A DNA stretch of 64,000 bases from an uncultured Chloroflexia bacterium (GTDB lineage Bacteria; Chloroflexota; Anaerolineae; CG2-30-64-16), in contig CAWEMM010000008.1 of the NCBI GenBank assembly GCA_963810095.1, forward strand, positions 1-64,000. Reading direction: 5' to 3'. A program made the translations under genes and the position numbers. This document shows positions 19,441 through 27,912 of the stretch, piece after piece. A model generated the notes under the pieces. The model was not told the origin of the DNA and made no database searches. It was given only the letters and a program-made list of their open reading frames with translations. Numbering within the stretch: the stretch's first letter is position 1; every line of letters begins with the position of its first letter.

Positions 19441-20850
19441 ATGACCGCAACCAACAACAAGACCAACAACCGCATTCTCGGCGTACTCTTCGTCGGCGTG
19501 CTGATGGGTGCGCTCGACATCGCCATCGTCGCGCCCGCGCTGCCCGCCGTCCAGTCCCAGTTCGGCGTGGGCGACCGCATGCTGGCGTGGACCTTCAGCA
19601 TTTACGTCCTGTTCAACCTGATCGGCACGCCCTTGTGGGCCAAGCTGTCCGACGTTTCGGGCCGCCGCACGATTTACGTGCTCGACGTGCTGCTCTTTGC
19701 GATCGGCTCGCTCGTCGTCGCGCTGGCGCCCTCGTTCGGAGTGGTGCTCCTCGGCCGGGGTCTGCAGGGCCTGGGCGCGGGCGGCATCTTCCCCGTGGCC
19801 TCCGCCGTCATCGGCGACACCTTCCCGGTCGAGAAACGCGGGTCCGCGCTGGGCCTGATCGGTGCGGTGTTTGGCCTGGCCTTCCTGGTCGGCCCGATCC
19901 TCGGCGGCGTCCTGCTCGGCATCTTCGGCTGGCGCTCGCTCTTCCTGGTCAACCTGCCCATCGCGGCGGTCGTCATCGTGCTGAGCCTGGCCTTCCTGCC
20001 GTCGACCCGGCCCGCGACCCGCAAGCCATTCGACGCGCTCGGCATGGTGGTGCTCGGTGTCTCGCTGGCCAGCCTCGCCTTTGGCATCAACCAGATCGAC
20101 ACCACCCGCTTCGGCGCGAGCCTGACCAGCACGCCGGTCTGGCTCCCGCTGCTGCTGGCGCTTGTCCTGCTGCCCGTCTTCGCGGCCATCGAGCGCCGGG
20201 CCGCGGACCCGATCGTCCGCCTGTCCATCCTCGGGCCGCGGCAGTCGAAACTGGCGGCCGCGCTGTCGGCCGGCGCGGGCCTGGGCGAGGCCGCACTGGT
20301 GTTCATGCCGACGCTCGCCGTGGCCGCGCTCGGCGTCGCAAAGTCGACTTCGAGCTACCTGCTGATGCCGGTGGTGCTGGCCCTGGCGTTCGGCTCGCCC
20401 ACGGTCGGCCGCCTGCTCGACCGGCTGGGGTCGAAGACCGTCATTACGGCCGGCACGGCGCTCCTGGCCCTCGGCATGGCCCTGCTGGGCCTGTTCAACA
20501 GCAGCATGGCGCTGTTCATCCTTGCGGGCGTGATCATCGGCCTGGGCCTCTCGGCCCTGCTTGGCGCGCCGATCCGCTACATTATGTTGAGCGAGGCCGC
20601 GCCGCAGGACCGGGCCGCGGGCCAGGGCGTGATGACCCTGTTCACCAGCACCGGCCAACTGCTGAGCGGCGCGATGGTGGGTGCGGTCGCAGCGTCGCAA
20701 GGCGGCGGTGCAGCGGGCTACAGCACGGCCTTCCTGGTGATCGCGGGCGTCGCGCTCGTCCTGACGGTGCTCTCGTTCGCGCTGAAGTCGCGCAGCCAGG
20801 AACTGGCGACCATGCAGTCCAACGCGACGCCCGCGCCGGCAGAGGCTTAA
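19441..20850 (+). CDS. MFS drug:H+ antiporter, DHA2 (14-TM) family
   Basis: LDIAIVAPALP, AKLSDVSGRR motif A, GRGLQGLGAGG, WRSLFLVNLPI. Confidence 0.95.
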   Translation: MTATNNKTNNRILGVLFVGVLMGALDIAIVAPALPAVQSQFGVGDRMLAWTFSIYVLFNLIGTPLWAKLSDVSGRRTIYVLDVLLFAIGSLVVALAPSFGVVLLGRGLQGLGAGGIFPVASAVIGDTFPVEKRGSALGLIGAVFGLAFLVGPILGGVLLGIFGWRSLFLVNLPIAAVVIVLSLAFLPSTRPATRKPFDALGMVVLGVSLASLAFGINQIDTTRFGASLTSTPVWLPLLLALVLLPVFAAIERRAADPIVRLSILGPRQSKLAAALSAGAGLGEAALVFMPTLAVAALGVAKSTSSYLLMPVVLALAFGSPTVGRLLDRLGSKTVITAGTALLALGMALLGLFNSSMALFILAGVIIGLGLSALLGAPIRYIMLSEAAPQDRAAGQGVMTLFTSTGQLLSGAMVGAVAASQGGGAAGYSTAFLVIAGVALVLTVLSFALKSRSQELATMQSNATPAPAEA

Positions 20851-20854
20851 GGCG

Positions 20855-21448
20855 ATGGGTCGCGGAACCGACGAGGCCGATACCCTGCACCGCATTCTGC
20901 AGGAAGCGGGCAGCCTGTTCGTGGCGAAGGGATACGAGGGCGTGTCCATGCGCGAAATCGGGGAGGCCGTCGGCATCACCAAGGCGGCCCTCTACTATCA
21001 CTTCGAGGACAAAGAAGCCCTGTTCATGGCGATCCTGAACGCCAGCCTGGAGGAAATCGGCGCCGTCCTCGACCGGTCCGAAGCCGCCGGACCCACCGCA
21101 CGCGGCCAGGTCGACGCAGCCATCCGCGGCCTGCTGGGGCTGCCGGCCGAGCGCCGGGCGCTCATCCGGGTGGCGAGCCAGGAAATCGTCCACGTCAGCC
21201 CCCCGTCGCGGACCGCGTTCAACGAGGTCTATCACCGGAAGTTCGTGGGCCGCATCGCGGCGATGCTGGCAGAGGGGATGGAGCGCGGTGAGGTGCGGCG
21301 AATGGACCCGCAGCTTGCCGCCTGGCTTCTCCTCGGCATGGCCTACCCGTTCTTCCAGCCCGCGTACTCACCGGGGGAGATGGACGAGATCGCGGGGACG
21401 CTGGTCGGCGTCTTTTTCGAGGGGCTCGGGGTGCGGAACGAGTCATAG
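20855..21448 (+). CDS. TetR/AcrR family regulator
   Basis: LFVAKGYEGVSMREIGEAVGITKAALYYHFEDKEALF. Confidence 0.96.
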   Translation: MGRGTDEADTLHRILQEAGSLFVAKGYEGVSMREIGEAVGITKAALYYHFEDKEALFMAILNASLEEIGAVLDRSEAAGPTARGQVDAAIRGLLGLPAERRALIRVASQEIVHVSPPSRTAFNEVYHRKFVGRIAAMLAEGMERGEVRRMDPQLAAWLLLGMAYPFFQPAYSPGEMDEIAGTLVGVFFEGLGVRNES

Positions 21449-21537
21449 GACGCAGATCGAACTGATAGGACTGATCTGCCTGATGCGCTCCATAATCGAA
21501 TCAGGTGAATCAGTCCGATCAGTCAGATCAGCGTCCC
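21448..21537. repeat. REP-like 9-bp-periodic inverted repeat (CTGAT family), right of MFS-TetR
   Basis: ggacgcagatcgaactgataggactgat...atcagtccgatcagtcagatcagcgtcc. Confidence 0.75.
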
Positions 21538-21545
21538 ATTACCGC

Positions 21546-22049
21546 TCAGTTATACACGTACTTGCGCCAGACTTCCTTGGAGCTCGCCTCGGAGAGCAGC
21601 AGGAACGCCACGTAGTGCGGGCGGCCGGGCGTCTTGCGGAGCGCCATGTGGGCCTCTTCGGGGGTGCGGTCGCCCTTGTGCATGTTGCACGACCGGCAGG
21701 CGGCCACCACGTTCTCCCAGCTGGTCACGCCGCCGCGCGAACGCGGCACGATGTGATCCAGCGTGAGCAGGCCGCGGCCGGGCGTCGCCCCACAGTACTG
21801 GCAGGTGAAATTATCGCGCAGCGCGACGCTGCGGCGGGTGGGCGCGAGCACGACCGGATGGGGGATGCGGACGTAATAGACGAGGCGGATGACCAGGGGC
21901 ACGGGGACGCTCGTGTGAGACGCGTGCAAGCGTTCCGCTGCCGCCTCGACCAGCTCGGCCTTCTCCTTCAGGAGGAGAACCACCGCCCGCTGGACGGAGA
22001 TGATGCTCAGCGGCTCGTAGGTTGCATTGAGAACCAGAACGCGCTGCAC
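21546..22049 (-). CDS. HNH endonuclease (McrA-like family)
   Basis: VLVLNATYEPL, RDNFTCQYCG, LTLDHIVPRSRGG, WENVVAACRSCNMHK. Confidence 0.93.
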   Translation of the reverse strand: MQRVLVLNATYEPLSIISVQRAVVLLLKEKAELVEAAAERLHASHTSVPVPLVIRLVYYVRIPHPVVLAPTRRSVALRDNFTCQYCGATPGRGLLTLDHIVPRSRGGVTSWENVVAACRSCNMHKGDRTPEEAHMALRKTPGRPHYVAFLLLSEASSKEVWRKYVYN

Positions 22050-22066
22050 TGTAGTTAATCCGTTAA

Positions 22067-22100
22067 CAAAAACGCCCGGACGCCAAAAAGGGGTCCGGGC
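22067..22100 (-). terminator. Intrinsic terminator after tRNA-His
   Basis: Minus strand gcccggac-loop-gtccgggc followed by GTTTTTGTT. Confidence 0.65.
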
Positions 22101-22113
22101 AATTTCTGCGAAG

Positions 22114-22188
22114 GGGTGGCCAGTGGGGCTTGAACCCGCAACCTTCTGGGCCACAACCAGATGCTCTGCCTATTGAGCTATGGCCACC
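22114..22188 (-). tRNA. tRNA-His (GTG)
   Basis: GGTGGCCATAGCTCAATAGGCAGAGC-ATCTGG TTGTGGC CCAGA-...GGTTCAAGCC; extra G-1. Confidence 0.95.
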
Positions 22189-22255
22189 ACGTATTCGTAG
22201 GCTGGAATCGGGTGTCGCCCCAACGTCTGCGGCGGCGTCCTGATCCTGCCCCCGA

Positions 22256-22326
22256 CTCGGGGGCAGGGATTCGAACCCCGATACGCAGCTCCAAAGGCTG
22301 CTGTCCTGCCGTTGAACGACCCCCGA
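22256..22326 (-). tRNA. tRNA-Gln (TTG)
   Basis: TCGGGGGTCGTTCAACGGCAGGAC-GCAGC CTTTGGA GCTGC-...GGTTCGAATCC. Confidence 0.95.
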
Positions 22327-22343
22327 ATGCCCGACCTATCAGG

Positions 22344-22416
22344 TGCCGAGGCCCAGACTTGAACTGGGGACACCGCAATTTTCAGTCGCGTGCTCTACCA
22401 ACTGAGCTACCTCGGC
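22344..22416 (-). tRNA. tRNA-Phe (GAA)
   Basis: GCCGAGGTAGCTCAGTTGGTAGAGC-CGCGA CTGAAAA TTGCG-...AGTTCAAGTCT. Confidence 0.95.
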
Positions 22417-22612
22417 GTTTAGACCCCGGTCGTGCGTTTTGGTGTCCTGCTGTCAGACACACGCCCACACCCAAACACAAGACTGCGGACCCTTGTAAAG
22501 AAAACGGCTGATGGCAGAAGGCCGATCATACGACCCCGGCATCTCGGATGATGCCATCATCTTTGATGATGCGCAATCATCTCGCCGATCTGCTATCAGC
22601 CATCGAACTCAG

Positions 22613-22684
22613 AGCGGGTGACGAGATTCGAACTCGTGACCTTCTCCTTGGCAAGGAGACGTACTACCACTGTACTACACCCGC
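22613..22684 (-). tRNA. tRNA-Gly (GCC)
   Basis: GCGGGTGTAGTACAGTGGTAGTAC-TCTCC TTGCCAA GGAGA-...GTTCGAATC. Confidence 0.95.
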
Positions 22685-22781
22685 AGGCGCTCTAGGTTTG
22701 TTATTACGGAGGGCATTATATCGAAATCCCGCCGGCTGTCAAAAATCGAGCGGCTTGTTGTCGTGTGGTCAGCCGCTGCAG

Positions 22782-22853
22782 TGGACCCGGCCGGATTCGA
22801 ACCGGCGATCTTCTCCGTGCAAGGGAGACGCCTTCCCGCTAGGCCACGGGCCC
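22782..22853 (-). tRNA. tRNA-Ala (TGC)
   Basis: GGGCCCG acceptor with G3:U70; TCTCC CTTGCAC GGAGA; GGTTCGAATCC. Confidence 0.93.
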
Positions 22854-23172
22854 AATAGAGCTATTGTACCCGGCGCCACGCAGTTTGCAAAATTGAGCGC
22901 AGCGATAGGTCGGGCCTGTCCTGAAGTACAGTCAGAGCGTGGAGAAGACTGTACTTTTCTTGCCCGCAATTCGCCATATAGTACATTCCCTACGCGCCAC
23001 GATCCGTGTACCCTTACGCATGGCGTTGCGCCGATCCTTGCCTCGCGTTCAACGATCGGCCCCGGTGCTGCAGCATGGCCGGCGCCTCGCGTCAGCCGCG
23101 CACGAACCGGGTCACCACACTCAGAGCCCACCTGCAAGAAGCGCAGACAGCCACAGACGGAGGGAGCGATTC

Positions 23173-25620
23173 ATGAAGATCAAGCGTCGGGATTTTCTCA
23201 AGGGTGTTGTCGCCGCCACGGCGGCGGTCGGGGCAAGCAGCGCAATCGGCGGGGAGGCGCTGGCCGCGCCGGCCCGGCCGGGCGGCCGCGAAATCCTCCC
23301 CATCCCTGACATTCAGCAGCCCTACCCCTCGGCGCTGTACGGGAAAGACGTGCCGCCAACGCCGGCCAAACCCCTGCGCCCGCCCGACGGTGCGCCCAAC
23401 ATCGTCATTATTCTGATCGACGACATGGGCTTCGGCGCCACCAGCGCGTTTGGCGGTCCGATCAATACCCCCACGCTCGAGCGCGTCGCCAGCGAAGGCC
23501 TCAAGTACAGCCGCTTCCACACCACCGCGCTCTGCTCGCCGACCCGGCAGGCGCTGCTCACCGGCCGCAACCACCACTCGGTCGGCATGGGCAGCATTAC
23601 CGAGACGGCTACGACTGCCCCTGGCTACAACTCGATCCGCCCAAACACAGCAGCCACGATCCAGGAGACGCTGCGCCTCAACGGCTACAGCACGGCCGCG
23701 TTTGGCAAGAACCACGAGACGCCGGTCTGGGAGGTCAGCCGCTCGGGCCCGTTCGACCGCTGGCCGACCGGCGGAGGCTTCGAGCATTTCTACGGCTTCC
23801 TGGGCGGCGAGACCAACCAGTGGGCGCCTACCCTCTACGAGGGCACCACACCTGTCGAACCGCCGGCAGACCCGAACTATCACCTCACACCCGACCTGGT
23901 TAACCATGCCGTCGAATGGGTGCAGGCGCAGCATTCGCTGACGGCCGACAAGCCATTCTTCGTCTATCTCGCGTTCGGAGCCACCCACGCACCACATCAC
24001 GTCCCGACCGAGTGGAGCGACAAGTACAAGGGCAAATTCGACCTGGGCTGGGACAAACTGCGAGAGCAGACCATGGCCAACCAGAAGAAGCTGGGCGTCG
24101 TGCCGCAAGACTGCCAGCTCACCACTCGCTCGGCGGGCATCCCCGCGTGGGACAGCCTCGACAGCGACACGAAGAAGGTAGCTGCGCGCTTGATGGAAAT
24201 CTACGCGGGGTTCGCCGAGCACACAGACCACTACGCAGGGGTATTCCTGGATGCCCTGGAGGGCATGGGCGTCCTCGACAACACACTGGTCTTCTACATT
24301 GCGGGCGACAATGGCGCCAGCCCCGAAGGGCTGAAGATGGGCGTCTACAACGAGATGTTGACCTTGAACTACGTCGCAGATACGCTGGAGAACATGCTGG
24401 CGCACTACGACGATCTGGGCACCGTCCGGGCGTACAACCACTACCCGATCGGTTGGGCGCACGCGATGGACACGCCCTACCAGTGGACGAAGCAAGTGGC
24501 CTCTCACTGGGGTGGCACCCGGAACGGCATGGTGGTTCGATGGCCGAAGGGCATCAAGGCCAAGGGCCAGGTGCGCAACCAGTGGCACCACGTGATCGAC
24601 ATCACGCCGACCATCCTGGAGGCCGCCGGGCTCCCCCAGCCGGTACAGGTGCACGGCGTCACGCAGAAGCCGATCGAAGGGGTGAGCCTGAACTACACCT
24701 TCGACGATCCCAAGGCCGCAGACCGTCATGTGACCCAGTACTTCGAGATGTACGGCAACCGGGGCATCTACCACCAGGGCTGGAGCGCGCTCACGCTGCA
24801 TCGCAGCCCGTTGAGCAATCAGCCGGCCCCCTGGGAGGACGACGTTTGGGAACTGTACGATGGTTCGACCGACTGGAGCCAGGCGGTGAACGTGGCGGAC
24901 AAGTATCCCGAGAAGCTCGACGAGCTGAAGCAGCTCTTCATCGCGGAGGCCTCCCGGTATAACGTCTTCCCCCTCGACGATCGCAGGACCGAACTCATGA
25001 ATCCCGAAGTGTCCGGCCGGCCCGACCTGCTGGGGGATCGCACCGCGATGACCCTTTATCCGGGCATGATTCAATTGGCCGAGAACACGGTGCCGAATGT
25101 GAAGAACCGGTCGCACACGATCACGGCCGACATCGAAGTCCCGCAGGGCGGCGGAACGGACGCTAACGGCGTGATCGTGGCCCAGGGCGGCCGGTTCGGC
25201 GGCTGGTCGCTGTACGTGAAGGATGGCGTGCTGAAGTACGTCCACAATTTTCTGGGGATCGAGGAGTATCCGGTCGTCGCGGCGCAGCCCCTGCCCGCAG
25301 GCCGGTCGACGGTGGAGTACAAGTTCACCTACGAAGGCGGCAGCGAGACCGGCAAAGGCGGCGTTGGTGCGCTCTATGTGAACAACAAGAAGGTGGGCGA
25401 AGCGCGCATCGAGCAGACGGTCCCCTTCCAGTTTTCGCTCGACGAGACGCTGGACGTCGGCCGCGACCTTGCGACGCCGGTGACGGATGACTACGCCGCA
25501 GGGAGCGCCAACGCCTTCTCCGGCACGATCCATTCGGTGACGCTCGACATCGGCGCGGCTGCGGCCGCTTATTACGAGCCGGCCGAGAACGCTTGGAACC
25601 GGCTGATGGCAAATCAGTAG
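23173..25620 (+). CDS. Tat-exported arylsulfatase (Cys-type, formylglycine-dependent; AtsA/AtsD-like with C-terminal beta-sandwich)
   Basis: KRRDFLK Tat motif; PNIVIILIDDMG, LCSPTRQALLTGRNHH, GKNH, HAPHH, DNG. Confidence 0.95.
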   Translation: MKIKRRDFLKGVVAATAAVGASSAIGGEALAAPARPGGREILPIPDIQQPYPSALYGKDVPPTPAKPLRPPDGAPNIVIILIDDMGFGATSAFGGPINTPTLERVASEGLKYSRFHTTALCSPTRQALLTGRNHHSVGMGSITETATTAPGYNSIRPNTAATIQETLRLNGYSTAAFGKNHETPVWEVSRSGPFDRWPTGGGFEHFYGFLGGETNQWAPTLYEGTTPVEPPADPNYHLTPDLVNHAVEWVQAQHSLTADKPFFVYLAFGATHAPHHVPTEWSDKYKGKFDLGWDKLREQTMANQKKLGVVPQDCQLTTRSAGIPAWDSLDSDTKKVAARLMEIYAGFAEHTDHYAGVFLDALEGMGVLDNTLVFYIAGDNGASPEGLKMGVYNEMLTLNYVADTLENMLAHYDDLGTVRAYNHYPIGWAHAMDTPYQWTKQVASHWGGTRNGMVVRWPKGIKAKGQVRNQWHHVIDITPTILEAAGLPQPVQVHGVTQKPIEGVSLNYTFDDPKAADRHVTQYFEMYGNRGIYHQGWSALTLHRSPLSNQPAPWEDDVWELYDGSTDWSQAVNVADKYPEKLDELKQLFIAEASRYNVFPLDDRRTELMNPEVSGRPDLLGDRTAMTLYPGMIQLAENTVPNVKNRSHTITADIEVPQGGGTDANGVIVAQGGRFGGWSLYVKDGVLKYVHNFLGIEEYPVVAAQPLPAGRSTVEYKFTYEGGSETGKGGVGALYVNNKKVGEARIEQTVPFQFSLDETLDVGRDLATPVTDDYAAGSANAFSGTIHSVTLDIGAAAAAYYEPAENAWNRLMANQ

Positions 25621-25656
25621 CTCAAACCCAAACCACCACTTGACAGAGAGGTCACG

Positions 25657-27840
25657 ATGAGCGTCAAAAGGCGTACGTTCCTCAAAGGCTGCGCGGGGGC
25701 AGCCGCCGCAATCGGCCTGGGCGGTCGCGTCTCGACGTCCGTTGAGGCGACTCAGGGCGCGAGCCCTGCGGCCCGGCGAGCCGGGGTGCTTGCTCGCACG
25801 GTCGCTGCGGGCACGCCTGTCTTTGGCAAGGAGGCAGAACCGCTTACCCGGCAGATCAACGCGGCCGTGCTGGATGAACTTCCCTTCAACACGGACCGGC
25901 AGGACTATGCCGATGCGCTCAAAGGGCTGATCGCGCCGCTGCCGCCCGAAGCGGCCACAATCCCGAATCCACACCCGAACTACCCACCCATTTGGGACTT
26001 GACGAAATACGACTTCCTGAAGGCCGCCGCCGACCCCGAGCCCCCCGGCGCCGACACGCTGTGGGCGGCGGCCCCGCCCGAGGCCAACCCCAGCCTGTGG
26101 CGCCAGGCCCAGGTGAACCTGTTCAACGGGCTGTTCGAGATCACGCCGGGCATCTACCAGGTGCGCGGCGCCGACCTTTCGAACCTGACCGTTATCGAGG
26201 GCAAGAAGGGCATTATCCTCATCGACCCGGTCGTTAGCTGCGAGACGGCCGCGGCTGCGCTCAAGGTCTACCGGCAGCAGCGCGATCCGCAGTCTCAACG
26301 TCCCGTCCTCGCCCTGATCTATACGCACAGCCACAGCGATCACTACGGCGGCGTCCGCGGCGTGGTTGACGAAAAGGACGTGCAAGCGGGCAAGGTCGCG
26401 ATCATCGCACCCAACCGCTTCATCGAGAAGGTGATCAGCGAGAACGTGCTGGCCGGCACCGCCATGACGCGGCGGGCGAACTTCTCGTACGGCTTCTATC
26501 TGCCGCGCGGACCCCGCGGGCAACTCGATGCGGGCCTGGGCAAGGCGACGTCGATAGGCACGATCTCACTCATCCCGCCCACCGATACGATCATGAAGAC
26601 GGGGGAGCGGCGCAAGATCGACGGGGTCGACATCGTCTTCCAGATGACCCCGGACACTGAGGCGCCGGCCGAGATGATGATGCACTTTCCCCAGTTCCGG
26701 GTGCTCGATGCGGCCGAGCTGGCCTGCTCGCTGCTGCACAACATCTACACTCCCCGCGGCGCGGAGGTGCGCGACGCCACCATGTGGTCGCACTACCTGG
26801 ACGAAGCCATCGACCTGTTCGGCAAGCAGAGCGACGTCGTAATCAACTCACACAACTGGCCCACCTGGGGCAGCGCCGCGGTGCTCGACTACCTTGCCGC
26901 ACAGCGCGACCTCTACAAGTACCTGCACGACCAGACCCTGCACCTGACCAACCAGGGCCTGACCATGAATGAGATCGCCGAGGAACTGGCGCGCAAGCGC
27001 CGGCTGCCGGCCGGCCTCGATCAAGAGTGGTATGCCCGCGGCTATTACGGCACCGTGAGTCACAACGTGCGGGCGGTGTACAACAAGTACCTGGGCTATT
27101 ACGACTCGAACCCTGCGCACCTCGAGCCGCTGCCCCCCGAACCGGCCGCCAAGCGGTACGTCGAATACATGGGCGGCGCCGACGCGATCGTCGCGAAGGC
27201 GCAGACGCTGTACGACGACCCGAGCAGCGCCGACGACTACCGGTGGATCGCAGAGGTCATGAGCCACGTCGTCTTTGCCGATCCGACGAATGCGGCGGCC
27301 CGCAACCTGGGTGCGGACGCGCTCGAGCAACTCGGCTATCAGGCCGAATCGTCGATCTGGCGCAACCAGTACCTCACCGGCGCGTACGAGCTGCGCAATG
27401 GGAACCCCAACCAGGGCGGCAGCGGCGTGGCGAATGCCGACACCATCGTTGCAATGCCGGTCGGCTCCTACTTCGACTACCTGGGCGTGCGCCTCAATGC
27501 GGACCGGGCCGCGGGCCTCAAGTCGGTGATTAACTGGCTGTTCACAGACACCAAAGAACGCTACGTACTCACCCTGTCGAACTCGGCCCTGACCTACCGC
27601 CCCGACAAGCAAGTGGCCGATGCCGACGCGACACTCCGGCTGACGCGGGCCGCGCTGAACGCGGTCAACCTGGCGCCCAACGAGCAGTATCCGAAGATGA
27701 CACCCGAGCAGGCCTTCGATGCGGCCGTCGCCAATGGTACAATCCAGGTCGTTGGCGACAAGGAGCAGGTGCATGTCCTGCTCGGTGAAGGGGGATTGCT
27801 GGACACGTTTACGACCCGCTTCAACATTATCGAACCGTAA
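25657..27840 (+). CDS. Tat-exported alkyl sulfatase (SdsA1/BDS1 family metallo-beta-lactamase fold + dimerisation + SCP2-like domain)
   Basis: KRRTFLK; NPSLWRQAQVN, YTHSHSDHYGG, TEAPAEM, HNIYTPRGAEVRDA, HNWPTWG, RGYYGTVSHN. Confidence 0.95.
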   Translation: MSVKRRTFLKGCAGAAAAIGLGGRVSTSVEATQGASPAARRAGVLARTVAAGTPVFGKEAEPLTRQINAAVLDELPFNTDRQDYADALKGLIAPLPPEAATIPNPHPNYPPIWDLTKYDFLKAAADPEPPGADTLWAAAPPEANPSLWRQAQVNLFNGLFEITPGIYQVRGADLSNLTVIEGKKGIILIDPVVSCETAAAALKVYRQQRDPQSQRPVLALIYTHSHSDHYGGVRGVVDEKDVQAGKVAIIAPNRFIEKVISENVLAGTAMTRRANFSYGFYLPRGPRGQLDAGLGKATSIGTISLIPPTDTIMKTGERRKIDGVDIVFQMTPDTEAPAEMMMHFPQFRVLDAAELACSLLHNIYTPRGAEVRDATMWSHYLDEAIDLFGKQSDVVINSHNWPTWGSAAVLDYLAAQRDLYKYLHDQTLHLTNQGLTMNEIAEELARKRRLPAGLDQEWYARGYYGTVSHNVRAVYNKYLGYYDSNPAHLEPLPPEPAAKRYVEYMGGADAIVAKAQTLYDDPSSADDYRWIAEVMSHVVFADPTNAAARNLGADALEQLGYQAESSIWRNQYLTGAYELRNGNPNQGGSGVANADTIVAMPVGSYFDYLGVRLNADRAAGLKSVINWLFTDTKERYVLTLSNSALTYRPDKQVADADATLRLTRAALNAVNLAPNEQYPKMTPEQAFDAAVANGTIQVVGDKEQVHVLLGEGGLLDTFTTRFNIIEP

Positions 27841-27912
27841 CAGCCCGGTCGGCTCCACCGGCGACCATAGCGGGCAGTTGTGGGCTGCACCGGCCCGACC
27901 GAGGAGGTCGTA

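Noticed and set aside
19277-21537. Periodic repeats as a CRISPR array
   Set aside because: 9-bp periodic palindromes without repeat-spacer structure; no cas genes in the window
21546-22049. HNH nuclease as a defence system or tRNA-linked homing endonuclease
   Set aside because: Belongs to a widespread standalone family, is separated from tRNA-His by a terminator, and has no partner genes or intron
21546-22154. Upstream-extended ORF starts in the track (HNH 22154, sulfatase 22939, GH3 33846, treY 45790, helicase 53351)
   Set aside because: Extensions overlap tRNAs, neighbouring genes or terminators; downstream starts fit family N-termini better
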